Shown: piece after piece, positions 47,364 through 58,374 of the stretch
Layout: each line of letters opens with the position of its first letter
How positions within the stretch are numbered: position 1 is the stretch's first letter
NCBI GenBank assembly: GCA_963674755.2
Contig: CAXXVS010000003.1
Span: 544,001 to 608,000, forward strand
DNA length: 64,000 bases
Source of the DNA: Desulfobacterales bacterium
GTDB taxonomy: Bacteria > Desulfobacterota > Desulfobacteria > Desulfobacterales > UBA5852
Reading direction: 5' to 3'
Notes under the pieces: generated by a model
What the model was told of the DNA's origin: nothing
Database searches by the model: none
What the model saw: only the letters and a program-made list of their open reading frames with translations
Position numbers and translations under genes: made by a program

Positions 47364-48176
47364 TCATTGGGGAGCCACGCTTTGTCGGGTGGATGGTGTC
47401 GGCAGCGCCGGAACCCGGGGGGCGGTGGCCGTTTTGGTGGGCACCGTAACGGGCGCCATTTTCGTCGGAGCCATTTTCTTCGTCCCGGTCGTACTCGCCG
47501 GCTGGAGCGTCCCGGTCAGGGTGAAACTCACGTCGTCAGCGACACGCTGATGATCGGACACACGCACCGAGGCTTCCAGGCGCCACAGACCGGATTTAGG
47601 AAACGCCGAACGGGGAATGGTGATGCGGGTCTTGCCGTCGAGGCGTTCCACGACCGTCATCCCTTGGGGGGGTGGCGGGCCATTGACCGGCCGCGCTGGG
47701 CGGGCTCCACCACCAGTTGAGGTCTACGGAGGGAATGCCATGCCAGCCGGAGATTTCCACCACCAGCGGCACGCTGCCGGTTAGCCTCTGGCCTGGCATG
47801 GACGACAGGATTTTGAGGTCGGGTTGAACGCCCGGGATGAGCTGAGGGATCGAGGCGCTGGCGCTCGGTTTGGCCGACAGTGAATTTACCTTTTTCAGAG
47901 ACGGCGGCTTGGTCCGGGACACGGTATGATGGGTGTGTTGGATGGGCTCCACCGTAATGTCGAGGAGCTCGGGCCCCTCATAGGTGATCATCTTCACGCC
48001 GATATCGGACAGGGTCGGCCCCTGGTAGACGATGGGGGTTGCCGTGATGTCGGTCAGGTTCGTGGGATACAAGTCAGGCATGGTGCCGGCCGGGGACGGT
48101 GTTCCGCCTAGGCAGGGCATGGCGAACACCACAATGCTCAGCATGATGATGAAAAAAAGCGGCGGCTGTGACGCAT
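47364..48176 (-). pseudogene. Frameshifted paralog of the secreted protein at 56793-57602
   Basis: ORFs 47596-48183 and 47364-47660 match the two halves; extra base in G7 run 47666-47672; ATG 48176 with AGGAG RBS is out of frame across A7 run 48152-48158. Confidence 0.8.
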
Positions 48177-48228
48177 GATACACTCCTATCAGAATGGGCG
48201 ATCAGGACTAAAATCTTCCCCTGGGCTG

Positions 48229-48524
48229 TTATTCGGGTAGGATCGTGCCGAGTTGGATCGGCGGAGAACCGATATTCGCGCAATTCCCGGAGTTAGGGGC
48301 GGTGCCGCCTTTGGAAGCGCCAATAAACATATGCTGGTTCCCAAGTTCGGCAATGACCATCGCCACTGAGCAGGTCTTGCCGGAAAGCGCTCCCGCGGCG
48401 GCCCGGATGGGGAGGGCGACGGTACCGTTGTAGCTGCCATTGTCGAGGGTGATATTGAGGGGCGTGCCTTCCTCGCCTCCCTCGCTGACGCCATATCCTA
48501 TCATCTCTCCCGGCCCGTCCAAAA
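48229..48524 (-). pseudogene. 5'-deleted paralog of the secreted protein at 57655-58221
   Basis: LDG.G.MIGYG.SEGGEEG.PLNITLDNGSYNGTVALPIR shared; N-terminal half missing. Confidence 0.8.
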
Positions 48525-48587
48525 GGTTCATAACCGGCGGTTTATCTTTTAGATGAAGAGATGTCTATCCCGCAAACGATGATATTC

Positions 48588-48740
48588 TTAAGTTTTCCTG
48601 GCAACTGCAGCGAATTCGTGGGCGTTGGGATCATACGGCGATCCGGCGACATCGGCATAAAGGTCGTCAATGCGGAAACCGTTGGCCGGGAATTCCTGTT
48701 TGATATAAACAGGCCAGCCAGTTGTAGATGGTGTCGGCGC
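48588..48740 (-). pseudogene. 3' remnant of a gene, probably a class I SAM methyltransferase (copy 1)
   Basis: Hand translation: TIYNWL [frameshift] IKQEFPANGFRIDDLYADVAGSPYDPNAHEFAAVARKT*. Confidence 0.55.
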
Positions 48741-48836
48741 TGTTGTTAAGCCGGAGGGAAGGGGGATGAGCTATGAAGACCAAAGACTAAAGGCCCCTTT
48801 CGTTTTCATCAAAGAAGCGCTAAAGGTCCGCAACTG

Positions 48837-50381
48837 TCAGGCAGTCTCGCTTGTCTTGTCCAAAATGCACCGGATTTCAATCGCGTACTTATGAACCCCA
48901 ATCGGCTTGGTGAGGATCTTTTTTATTCCCGGCAGATTTTGTTCCCACCCGGAAACGGATGGACTGAGGGCGATGTGACCGGATAGAAGGACGATCGGTA
49001 GATTCGGACGGATTTGGTGCATGATTCTGGCCAGTTCCACACCGGTCATGGCCGGCATGGTGACATCGCTGATGACCAGATCGTATTGATTAGGATCGCT
49101 CGTAAATTCAGTTAATGCGGTGACACTGTCGTGGTAGGCGGCAACACGATAGCCCAACCGGACCAAATGCATTTCAAGAACCTGTGTGATGGCAATTTCA
49201 TCGTCGATGACCATGATCGTTTCGGTTCCTCGCGGCAAAGGCGCCATTTCGATCGGGCCTTTTGCGGGAGGGTCTTCCTCTGTTTCGGAAAGGGGCCAAT
49301 AGACCACAAACGTTGATCCTTTTCCAACCGTGCTGTCCACGAGAATGTGCCCGTTGCAGTCATCGACGATTTCCTGAACTATCGAAAGCCCCATGCCGCT
49401 TCCGGCCTCCTGCTCTTTTGTGGTGAAAAACGGCTCGAAAACGCGATCCAAAATCTCATCCGGGATTCCATCGCCTTGGTCTTCAACGCTCAACTTGGCA
49501 TAAGCGCCTGGTGGCAGTCCGGTATTTGCCTTATCGGTGATGACCTGTTTTACGAGTTCGACCCGCAAATTGCCGTCGTTGGTTTTCATCGCCTGATAGG
49601 CATTGATACAAAGGTTCATGACGACTTGTTGAATCTGAGTCGGGCTGGCATGAACATTGCCGATATGGTGCACGTTGTGCTGAACCGAAATGGTTGTCGG
49701 AATTAAAGCTTGGAGCAGTTGCATGGCCTCGCTGACGATACGATCAATGCGAACCGGAACTTTCGGCTCCCTACCCGGACGGCTGAAAGCCAAAATCTGC
49801 TGGGCCAGTTTAGAAGCCCTTCGGGCGGCCGATAGAATCTCTTGCAGCGGCTTGGTGAACGCCGCGTTTTCCTGGCACTCCATTTGGAGCATTTCGGCAT
49901 AGCCAATGATAGGCATTAAAAAATTGTTGAAATCATGTGAAATGCCGCTAGCAAGCGCTCCTATCGCCCCAATTTTATGGGTTCGCTGAAACTGCCGCTT
50001 AAGTCTTTTGTGATGGTTGATGTCGATGATAATATGCAAAACAGATGAGATATCATTAGCGTTGTTGCGGACACTGCGCATTGAGATGCGGGTCCAGAAA
50101 TTGCGGCCGTTTTTTCGAAGGATGCGTACTTCCGTTTGATAGCTGTCCTTCACTCCGGCGAGGATAGCCCGCCGCCATGGCAGAAAAAGCGGTTTGTCGT
50201 CAGGATGGATGAGGTCTTCGAGTGAAGAATGCCGCAATTCTTCGGCGCTGTATCCCGTCATCGTAAGCCATGTGCTGTTGCACTGCGCCAAGCGGTCATC
50301 TTTGATTGAAGATAAGGCAATCCCTGTCAGTGGATTGTCGAAGAGGGCCTGACATAGTGGATCGCTTCTTCGAGTCATCAT
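48837..50381 (-). CDS. PAS hybrid histidine kinase (HisKA-HATPase-REC)
   Basis: PAS/PAC, HDFNN, FEPFFTTK, G.GMGL, REC DDE...D.TMP...KP; start uncertain. Confidence 0.9.
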   Translation of the reverse strand: MMTRRSDPLCQALFDNPLTGIALSSIKDDRLAQCNSTWLTMTGYSAEELRHSSLEDLIHPDDKPLFLPWRRAILAGVKDSYQTEVRILRKNGRNFWTRISMRSVRNNANDISSVLHIIIDINHHKRLKRQFQRTHKIGAIGALASGISHDFNNFLMPIIGYAEMLQMECQENAAFTKPLQEILSAARRASKLAQQILAFSRPGREPKVPVRIDRIVSEAMQLLQALIPTTISVQHNVHHIGNVHASPTQIQQVVMNLCINAYQAMKTNDGNLRVELVKQVITDKANTGLPPGAYAKLSVEDQGDGIPDEILDRVFEPFFTTKEQEAGSGMGLSIVQEIVDDCNGHILVDSTVGKGSTFVVYWPLSETEEDPPAKGPIEMAPLPRGTETIMVIDDEIAITQVLEMHLVRLGYRVAAYHDSVTALTEFTSDPNQYDLVISDVTMPAMTGVELARIMHQIRPNLPIVLLSGHIALSPSVSGWEQNLPGIKKILTKPIGVHKYAIEIRCILDKTSETA

Positions 50382-50611
50382 GTCTTCTCTGTCGGCGACG
50401 GATGATATCTCGTAAGGCTTTAATGGCGGGCATACCAACATCATAAATTCCACCAGACCGCCCCCACAATGTCAAATTTTTAAAATATTGATTTAATATT
50501 TAGGGGGAACAGTATCTTTAATGCGTTAGCTGAGGATCAAATGCTTCGTCGTCCTTCCGCGGGCTTTTCAGGAAAGACGCCATATAAATGCACTTGCCGC
50601 ATCAAATGAGT

Positions 50612-50648
50612 CCGTGCGGTCATCACCAACAATGACCGCACGGTTTTT
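50612..50648. terminator. 12-bp stem-loop downstream of the MCP gene
   Basis: CCGTGCGGTCAT-8 nt-ATGACCGCACGG; T5 is on the plus strand, opposite to the MCP gene. Confidence 0.45.
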
Positions 50649-50670
50649 AACCGCTTCAACCATTTTCAGT

Positions 50671-52632
50671 TCAAAAAGCCTTTATTGAATCGCCATCGTC
50701 CTCCCACCGGTTTGCACTCCGGGCTAAAGCGTTGTCCGCATGGCCGCCGGCGGCCCGAGTTGTGCGGGCGGCCGCAAGGGTTTGGGTCGTGGAAGACATT
50801 TTATCTGACGCTGTCTCACCGTTCAGCGTGCTGTTTCTTTGGCCGCCGACCATGGCCATAAGGTCCGTTACGAGCTGCGTCATCTGTTCGGCCTGAGCAC
50901 TTAATTCCTCGGCAGCACTAGCGGATTCCTCCGCCGTGGCGGCGTTTTGCTGAACCACCTTGTCCATTTCCGCCACGGCTGTATTGACTTGGCCGACGCC
51001 CTCGGTCTGTTCGTTGGATGCTGCGGCAATTTCCGCTACCAGATCGGCGACTTTGGCAACGCTGGCAGCCACCTCTTCGAACGTAGCGTTGGTTTTGGTG
51101 ACGATCTGTGAGCCGGTACCAACTTTATCAACGGTGCTTTCGATCAATTCGGCTGTATTTTTGGCGGCATCGGCCGCTCGCATAGCCAAGTTTCGCACTT
51201 CGTCGGCAACGACCGCAAACCCGGCGCCCGCCTCCCCGGCCCTGGCGGCTTCAACGGCGGCGTTCAGCGCAAGCAGATTCGTTTGAAATGCGATCTCGTC
51301 GATGGTTTTGATGATCTTGGATGTCTCTTCACTTGCCGAATAGATATCTTTCATGGACGCGGTTAAGGCGGCCATCCCGTCGTTTGCATTTTGAACGATG
51401 CCCCCGGCCTCTTTCATCAGATGGTCGGCTTCCACCGAGTGGGATGAATTCTGCTTGGTCATGGAGGCGATCTCTTCAAGCGATGCAGAGGTTTCCTCGA
51501 TGGCGGCCGCCTGTTCGCTCGATCCTTCGGCCAAGGACTGACTCGAAGACGAAACCTGACCGGCTGCGGACGCCACCTGCTCGGCACCCTCATTGAGCCC
51601 TGCGATGATTTTTTGGAGTGATCGATTGATTCCGTTGGAAATAAACCATCCGAATAAGAGGCTGGAAAGCACCATAGCCAACGAGACGATAGCGATGATT
51701 CGCTTGCCTGATCTTTCGATGGCGAAAGCGTCTTGCGTGTAGGTTGCCATCTGCTCGTTGACTCTGGTTTTAATTTTGTCCAGCGCGTCCGCAACCATTA
51801 TTTGACGCTCTCGAAGGTCCGTACGGATCGCCTCTTTCAGTTCATCTTTCAATTGCTGTTCGGTTAAAATATTTTCTGCGATTTCTTCGAAAGCAGCAAA
51901 ATACCGCTTTCCTGCCGTCGCGACCGGTCCGGTCGCGATCGCGCTAAGCTGCTGGTATGCGCTATAGAGCCTGTCAATATAGCGCTTATCGGCTCTTTGA
52001 AGAATGTTTTTCTCCTGGCGGCGCATTTCGTAAACAAGCAGTTTGACGTCAGGTCTGTCGGCTTGCTGGTCCATCTCCCGACCGGATTCGACGATCCTCT
52101 TAAGGGCCCCCTGGCTATCTTGACTGCTGTCATACCATCCGATCGCGTTGGTTAGCTCCAGTTGCTTTTGTTTGGTGTCCAAAATCCGGTTACAGACCTG
52201 TTCGAATTCGGCCAGCATCGATGCGGCCTTTTGCGTCAGACTCTCAACCTCTCCGCCTTTGCGGCAGGGAGGGATGGATAGTCCCTTCATTTCCTCCAAG
52301 CGCGTGCCAAGATCGGGGTTGCCGTTGAGCAGGGCTTGAGACAGAAAGTGGAATTCTTCAAATCGATCACGGGTACGTTGGGCGTAGAGCTTAAAATTTT
52401 CCAAACTTCGCTGAACCCCATAGGCTTCGTTCATATTAAGGCGTATATGGGTTACCCGCTGGACCATGGCATTGGCGACCTGCTGCTGGGGGCCACGCAC
52501 TTCAGGAATTTGCCGATAGACGTCTGCCATGACGCCGAACCTGTTGATAAAAAAAATCGATAACCCGGCGACCATTATCGCCAAGATGATCACCATTCCG
52601 ATTAATTTTTGCTTAACAGTAAAATTGTTCAT
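50671..52632 (-). CDS. Methyl-accepting chemotaxis protein
   Basis: Two TMs, large periplasmic domain, [37 protein letters not shown]. Confidence 0.95.
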   Translation of the reverse strand: MNNFTVKQKLIGMVIILAIMVAGLSIFFINRFGVMADVYRQIPEVRGPQQQVANAMVQRVTHIRLNMNEAYGVQRSLENFKLYAQRTRDRFEEFHFLSQALLNGNPDLGTRLEEMKGLSIPPCRKGGEVESLTQKAASMLAEFEQVCNRILDTKQKQLELTNAIGWYDSSQDSQGALKRIVESGREMDQQADRPDVKLLVYEMRRQEKNILQRADKRYIDRLYSAYQQLSAIATGPVATAGKRYFAAFEEIAENILTEQQLKDELKEAIRTDLRERQIMVADALDKIKTRVNEQMATYTQDAFAIERSGKRIIAIVSLAMVLSSLLFGWFISNGINRSLQKIIAGLNEGAEQVASAAGQVSSSSQSLAEGSSEQAAAIEETSASLEEIASMTKQNSSHSVEADHLMKEAGGIVQNANDGMAALTASMKDIYSASEETSKIIKTIDEIAFQTNLLALNAAVEAARAGEAGAGFAVVADEVRNLAMRAADAAKNTAELIESTVDKVGTGSQIVTKTNATFEEVAASVAKVADLVAEIAAASNEQTEGVGQVNTAVAEMDKVVQQNAATAEESASAAEELSAQAEQMTQLVTDLMAMVGGQRNSTLNGETASDKMSSTTQTLAAARTTRAAGGHADNALARSANRWEDDGDSIKAF

Positions 52633-52808
52633 GGCCTGCTAACTCCTTCCAAGTATTGTGAGGATACATTATCCATCTTCCTGTTCCGAACTGATCTACG
52701 TTAAGCGACTTGAATTCAGCGCATACCCCGGGCGCTTCACTATGCCTGGAAAATCAGCTTCAACTCTCGTATGGCGTGCCTTTAACAGAGCGTATCCGCT
52801 TCACAGCA

Positions 52809-52835
52809 ATATCGGCGAGCCCACCCTGCACATGA
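52809..52835 (-). promoter_or_regulatory. Putative sigma28 (FliA) promoter of the MCP
   Basis: TCAT-15 nt-GCCGATAT versus consensus TAAA-N15-GCCGATAA. Confidence 0.55.
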
Positions 52836-52880
52836 ATTGATAAAGTAACGATAAAATATCGATAAAATGCAGTATACGGG

Positions 52881-54131
52881 CTATGTGTTGTCGGAATGCT
52901 CGAAAGATAGAAGGTGGGACCGCAGGTTAATTTTTTTGTTTTTCAACCCGAGCTTTTTGCGGATATGGTGGCGATGCGTCAAAATGGTACTCTTGGAAAG
53001 ATGCAAAATGCCGGCGATTTCCTTGTTCGCCATTCCGTTCCGGACAAGTTTGGCGACTCGAATCTCCATCGGGCTCAGGCCATAGAAACGCGATGAGACA
53101 CGGTTTGCAAAGGGAGATGAAATGTCACGGAGCCCTGCCTCGATCATATTTAATATGCTTTTTTGGCGTTTGGATAAGCCGCTTTTAGCCAACGCTTCCA
53201 GGCAGGGAAAAACCGATGATTGCAGATTGGCCGTCACTGAGGCTTCAAGCGCCCTTTTATCCTCCTTTCGCTTTTCCAGTAAGACTTCAAGTGCGGATTT
53301 GAATGCATCGAGACGCCGTCGGGCGCGATGCAGCTCGGTTTCCTGATCAGAGGCGGTGTTGCCGGACGAATGCGGGTCGCAAGGTTCGGCCAGAATACAG
53401 ACCAATCCCAGAAGTGAACCGATGTCACTTCGTCGTAAGCTCCAGTTGATCCGGATCGGAATGCTTTTACCCTCCTTCAGCTTGAAGTGCCCCAAGTAGG
53501 GGGAGAAGTCGCTATGGCGCCAACGGAATTTTTCCAGGAACTCTTGCAAGCGTTGCTTATCGGAGGAACTTGCCGCCCAATGCATAAGAAAGGTCGTATT
53601 TAATTCCTGGCATGGTTCAAAGAACATCTGTTTGAAGGCTTCGTTTGCGTGGAGAACGGCACCGGAGCGGTCAAGCTCGACCACAGGGCTGGGGATGGTT
53701 TCAATCACGGATTGAAAAAGGCTTGTGTCTGTGGAGGAAACACAGGCGCCGTTTTGGAACGGGTCGATATTTCTTATGAGTCCCCAGAGCGCGGCTTCTC
53801 CTCCCCAGGTAATGGTTTCAATCTGCATATCGGCGTGGAAGGGGTGCTTGTCGAGTCGCAAGGCAATGAAGGGGTGAGGTTGCGAGCGGACGTCGCCGGT
53901 TTGCGGTTCCTGAAAAACCGGCAATCCGATCACGGTTGGCAAACATTCCGGAGCGACAAATTCGCTAAACGCCTTTCCTGTGACGTCACTCTCCTGACCA
54001 CCGCCCAGCATGGTCACCAAGGAAGGGCTGGCACAGTGAATGATCCCTTTTTTTATGATACAAAGACCGCTTTGCAAGCGTTGAACGCTTTCCAGATTGT
54101 GATGCTTCCATTCTTCCAGCAACAGTCGCAT
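52881..54131 (-). CDS. PAS-PAS-LuxR HTH transcriptional regulator
   Basis: Two PAS-like domains, coiled coil, LSPME.RVA.LV..G..NKEIA..L.LS..TI..HR..IRKKLG. Confidence 0.88.
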   Translation of the reverse strand: MRLLLEEWKHHNLESVQRLQSGLCIIKKGIIHCASPSLVTMLGGGQESDVTGKAFSEFVAPECLPTVIGLPVFQEPQTGDVRSQPHPFIALRLDKHPFHADMQIETITWGGEAALWGLIRNIDPFQNGACVSSTDTSLFQSVIETIPSPVVELDRSGAVLHANEAFKQMFFEPCQELNTTFLMHWAASSSDKQRLQEFLEKFRWRHSDFSPYLGHFKLKEGKSIPIRINWSLRRSDIGSLLGLVCILAEPCDPHSSGNTASDQETELHRARRRLDAFKSALEVLLEKRKEDKRALEASVTANLQSSVFPCLEALAKSGLSKRQKSILNMIEAGLRDISSPFANRVSSRFYGLSPMEIRVAKLVRNGMANKEIAGILHLSKSTILTHRHHIRKKLGLKNKKINLRSHLLSFEHSDNT

Positions 54132-54653
54132 TTAAGTAATTCCAGTAAACTCACGGTGCTTGGCAGGTGCGTGCCTCGCACAGCTATCCCTTCCCAAATC
54201 ATTTCTAAAGGAAGTGGGCTAGGGACTGATGGTGACCGTGCGGCGCGCTATTTGGGTAACGGATCGAGATTTGAGCGAAAGGTTGTTTTCAGCAAAAAAT
54301 GTGCCGCATATCGTTTAAAGCGTGACCACAAGATGCGCCCGACTGTTATAGCTTTGCCGGACTTTTCATCTAACCTATATTGCGGAAGGAAACAATTGGG
54401 TGTCAGGTATTTTTGCAAGTTGTAAAGATGGCCGTCCGAAATTTTTTCAGCCGCAATCCCTGCAACATTAGCCGCTCTCAGGATGGGGGAGCCCTTTATA
54501 CTTAAAACAAACGTTTTAAGCGGAAAAAAACTGGTTTGCCGGCGGTGGGCATGCAACGATGACACCCGTACGACTGTTAAAATCTACGGATAACTGGACG
54601 CCGAACAAGGCGGCACCTAATTTGCTCTGACAATAAACAAGGACGATTGACAA

Positions 54654-56684
54654 ATGACGGAACGCTCGTTGGGCCAGGACGCAAGCAATTTTCGAATGCC
54701 TCTTTCTTTTCTACATTCAAGTAACCGCTCGCGGTTTGTGGTGATTGGCCTCCTTGCCCTCGGCGCTATAGCGGTCACTTACTACTTTCATGGCATACTT
54801 CACACGGGGCGGGCTTTCAGCCATCTGTTCTACATCCCGATCATTCTGGCAGCCCTTTGGTGGGAGGAAAAAGGGCTGCTGGTTGCTGTATTTTTCTGCG
54901 GCCTTCTGTTGCTCAGCGGTTTGCTGCTGAGACCGGCACCGGTCAGTTTCAACGATTTTTTTCGGGCAGTAATGTTTCTGGCCGTTGCATTGATCGTAGC
55001 CCACCTGCGTTCGAGGATTTCCGCTGCTGAGACCGCGCTCAAAGCCCGAACGATGGCTTTGTCCGACAAAACCCGCAAACTTCAGTGCCTCTATAGCATG
55101 ACCCAAATTCGGGAAGAGCCGGGAATCGACATGGATGGCATTCTTCAAAAGACGGCGACCCTGATCGAAGAGACATGGCAATTTTCTGAAAGGGTCTATA
55201 TCCGGATTTCTCTCGGGCAGCGTGAGTACCGAACGGCCGATGTCCCCCCGGCCTCGTGCGAACAGCAATTTTGTATTTTAGTCCATGGGAAGCCTAACGG
55301 ATTTCTGGCTGCCGGCCCCTTGGGAAACCCAGCGCCAAGGGACTGGGCCTCCTTAGCGCAAGCTGAAGCAGATCTGATGACCGAGGTGGCTCGTCGCATA
55401 GGCCGGTTGATCGAGCACGAAAATGCTCGAAAGGCGTTGGTCGATCACAAAAATAGCCTGGAAATACAGGTAGAGCAGCGCACAGCCGCCTTGCGACAGA
55501 GCAATGAAAGACTGAAGCAGGAGATTGCCGAACGCGTCGATGCTGAAAGAGCACTAGCCGATTCAGAGAAGAATTACAGACATCTGGTTGAAAATGCCAA
55601 CGACGCCATTTGCATTGTTCAAAAGGGCCGTATCGCCTTTTCCAATCAGCGCACAGTGCAGCTCTTCGAATCATCAACTCAGGATCTCGCAGGATTCCCC
55701 CTCTCAGATCTGACCCATGCATCGGACCGGGAGCACGTTTCCGATATTTACGCCAGACGTATGAAAGGTGAAGATGTACCCATCACCTATTCGGCCCGCA
55801 TGCTTACGCGGTGCCATAATGCACTGTGGGCGCAAATCAGTGCCGCCCGGACGCTTTGGTACGGATCGCCGGCATCCCTTCTTATTATCCGAGACATCGG
55901 TTCCCAGCTTCAAATAGAAGCCGAGCTTCGCCAGGCCCACACCATGGAGGCCGTGGCCACACTGGCCGGAGGGATCGCACATCAATTCAACAACGCCTTG
56001 TCGGGAATTATCGGAAATATCGATTTGCTTCTATTGGAGCGTCCGGGAGACCTTGTCATCAAGAAATACACCGATGTCATGGCGGTTGCCGCACAATCGA
56101 TGGCGCGGTGGACGGACCAGCTATTGGGCTACGCGCGGGGTGGAAAATACTGCCCCGAAATCGTCTGCCTTAGTGAGTTTACAGCCGCAACACTGCCACT
56201 GATTCTATCCGAGGCCGATGACGGAATCGAAGTGGTCACCGATCTGATGGACGGCTTGCCGAAAATACAGGCCGATACCGTCCAACTCCAAATGGTACTG
56301 CTTGATGTGGTCCGCAATGCGTTAGAGGCTGTTCAACCCCCGGCGCGGATTGCGATTCGCACCGAATCCGTCAGGATTACTCAGGAGAGGGCTGTTAAGG
56401 GCGCGGACTCGGCCCCTGGTCGCTATGCGGTGATTTCGGTTGAAGACAGCGGAATAGGTATGGATGCGGAAACCGTAAAGCGAATTTTTGAACCGTTTTT
56501 TACCACGCGTTTTCAAGGTCGTGGGCTCGGGATGGCAGCCGCGTATGGTATTATGCACAACCACCATGGTTGGATCGATGTCGATTCAAGTCCAGGACGT
56601 GGAACAAGCGTTTCCTTGTATTTCCCCACTATCGATATGCCCTTGCCGATTTCGGAGACGCTCGCCGTTTTTGATCTGGTCTGA
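54654..56684 (+). CDS. Membrane-bound PAS sensor histidine kinase
   Basis: N-terminal TMs (HLFYIPII), coiled coil, PAS, AHQFNN, FEPFFTT, G.GLGM. Confidence 0.9.
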   Translation: MTERSLGQDASNFRMPLSFLHSSNRSRFVVIGLLALGAIAVTYYFHGILHTGRAFSHLFYIPIILAALWWEEKGLLVAVFFCGLLLLSGLLLRPAPVSFNDFFRAVMFLAVALIVAHLRSRISAAETALKARTMALSDKTRKLQCLYSMTQIREEPGIDMDGILQKTATLIEETWQFSERVYIRISLGQREYRTADVPPASCEQQFCILVHGKPNGFLAAGPLGNPAPRDWASLAQAEADLMTEVARRIGRLIEHENARKALVDHKNSLEIQVEQRTAALRQSNERLKQEIAERVDAERALADSEKNYRHLVENANDAICIVQKGRIAFSNQRTVQLFESSTQDLAGFPLSDLTHASDREHVSDIYARRMKGEDVPITYSARMLTRCHNALWAQISAARTLWYGSPASLLIIRDIGSQLQIEAELRQAHTMEAVATLAGGIAHQFNNALSGIIGNIDLLLLERPGDLVIKKYTDVMAVAAQSMARWTDQLLGYARGGKYCPEIVCLSEFTAATLPLILSEADDGIEVVTDLMDGLPKIQADTVQLQMVLLDVVRNALEAVQPPARIAIRTESVRITQERAVKGADSAPGRYAVISVEDSGIGMDAETVKRIFEPFFTTRFQGRGLGMAAAYGIMHNHHGWIDVDSSPGRGTSVSLYFPTIDMPLPISETLAVFDLV

Positions 56685-56792
56685 TGGCCTTTCTATCACC
56701 CGTTGTCGAGAGCGGCATCGCAGGGCATTCTTTCTTAATCACCCACACGCCGGTTATGAAGAGATTGGGTCCGTCCAGGCCGTCGCCGGCGA

Positions 56793-57602
56793 TCAGGGCG
56801 AGACCACACCTGGTCTGGCCGGCGTCATCGGTCGCGTCGGAGCCCGGGGGGCGGCCGTCGCTTTGTTCGGTGCGACGCCGGGTGCCACCTTCTGCGGGGC
56901 CATCTTCGGCATTCCGGTCGTGTTCACCGGCTGGAGCGTCCCGGCCACGCGGAAGCTCACGTCGTCAACCACGCGCTGATGATCGGAGACGCGCACCGAG
57001 GCCTCCAGGCGCCACAGGCCGGCTTTGGGAAAGGCCGAACGGGGTATGGTGATGCGGGTCTTGCCGTCGAGGCGATCCACGACCGTCATCCCCTGGGGGG
57101 TTGCGGGCCATTGCCCGGGCGCGGTGGCCGGACTCCACCACCAGGCGAGCTTGACCGGGGGAATACCCTGCCAGCCGGTGATTGCCACCTCCAGCGGCAC
57201 ACTGCCGCTGAACGTCTGGCCGGGCAGGGGGGACAGGATTTTAAGGCTGGGCTTAACGCCCGGCAGAGGCTGCGGGATCAGGGCGATGGTTGTGGCTGAC
57301 GGTGAGGCCGTCTTTTTCAGGGACGGCTTTTTGACAACGGACAAGGTGGGAGGGCTGAACTGGATGGGGTCCACCGTGATGTCGGCAAGATCGGGTCCCT
57401 CGTAGGTGATCAGTTTCATACCGATGTCGGCCAGGGTCGGGCCCAGGTAGACAATGGGGCCAACCGTGATATCCGGCAGATTCGCGGGGTACAGGTCCGG
57501 CATGGTGCCGCTGCCGGTGGGTTGCGGCATTCCGCCCTGGCAGGGCAAGGTCATCAGCAATAGGCTCAGGGCGATGAAGATTAAATGGCGGATAGGGTCC
57601 AT
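56793..57602 (-). CDS. Secreted hypothetical protein with three 15-aa repeats, Ig-like domain and Pro-rich tail
   Basis: Signal peptide MDPIRHLIFIALSLLLMTLPC; protein-level conservation with copy at 47364-48176. Confidence 0.8.
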   Translation of the reverse strand: MDPIRHLIFIALSLLLMTLPCQGGMPQPTGSGTMPDLYPANLPDITVGPIVYLGPTLADIGMKLITYEGPDLADITVDPIQFSPPTLSVVKKPSLKKTASPSATTIALIPQPLPGVKPSLKILSPLPGQTFSGSVPLEVAITGWQGIPPVKLAWWWSPATAPGQWPATPQGMTVVDRLDGKTRITIPRSAFPKAGLWRLEASVRVSDHQRVVDDVSFRVAGTLQPVNTTGMPKMAPQKVAPGVAPNKATAAPRAPTRPMTPARPGVVSP

Positions 57603-57654
57603 GGTACGCTCCCGTTTGAATTGGCGATCCGGAGTGAGATCCGGCCCTCGATCG

Positions 57655-58221
57655 TCAATTGGGCATAATCGTGCCGGGTTTGATCCCGGAAAAATCCACT
57701 TTTCCGCATTGCCCGGAGTTGGGGGCGGTGCCGCCCTTGGAGGCGCCGATAAACATGAGTTGACCTCCCTGCTTGGCAAACACCATGGTCACCGAGCAGG
57801 TTTTGCCGGACAGCGTTCCCGCGGTTTCCCGGATGGGAAGGGCCACGGTACCGTTGTAGCTGCCGTTGTCGAGGGTGATATTGAGGGGCATTCCCTCCTC
57901 TCCCCCTTCACTCATCCCATAGCCGATCATATCGCCCGCCCCATCCAAAAAATACACAAGCGCAACGGCCGAAAATTTGGCACTTTTCCAGGGACCGGGC
58001 ATGTTCGCTATATTCAGGGGGATATTCACATTGAAAAGGGTTTGATCCAGCATGACCTGGGGCCCAAAATCTTTTTTCAAAACCAACCCGGACTTCTGAA
58101 GGAGCATCCCGGCGGAGGTTGTGTCGGCCGGGAGTGCGGTCAAGGCGATTCCCAGAACAAGCACCAGAATATGCGGCAGAATTGTGAAGCGGGTTTGCGG
58201 TTTCATCGTCATAGGCTCCAT
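57655..58221 (-). CDS. Secreted hypothetical protein
   Basis: Signal peptide (KPQTRF-hydrophobic-TSA); two Cys conserved in the paralog at 48229; start may be 58206 or 58212. Confidence 0.78.
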   Translation of the reverse strand: MEPMTMKPQTRFTILPHILVLVLGIALTALPADTTSAGMLLQKSGLVLKKDFGPQVMLDQTLFNVNIPLNIANMPGPWKSAKFSAVALVYFLDGAGDMIGYGMSEGGEEGMPLNITLDNGSYNGTVALPIRETAGTLSGKTCSVTMVFAKQGGQLMFIGASKGGTAPNSGQCGKVDFSGIKPGTIMPN

Positions 58222-58374
58222 TGGATTAAGGTGTTGATTTCCCGTGAAAGCAAAAAACCTAAGATGCTGGATGCGTTCTTTTGAGATTAGGTACCGCATG
58301 CCGAACAAAAGGTTCATGCCCAGCAGTTTATCCCACAAGATGAAGGGGAGTCCATCCCGCAAACGATTTTCACA

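Noticed and set aside
54340..54700. Possible c-di-GMP-I riboswitch (GGCAAAC and GACGCAA fragments)
   Set aside because: Fragments are on different strands or wrongly spaced; no GNRA stem and P3 could be built
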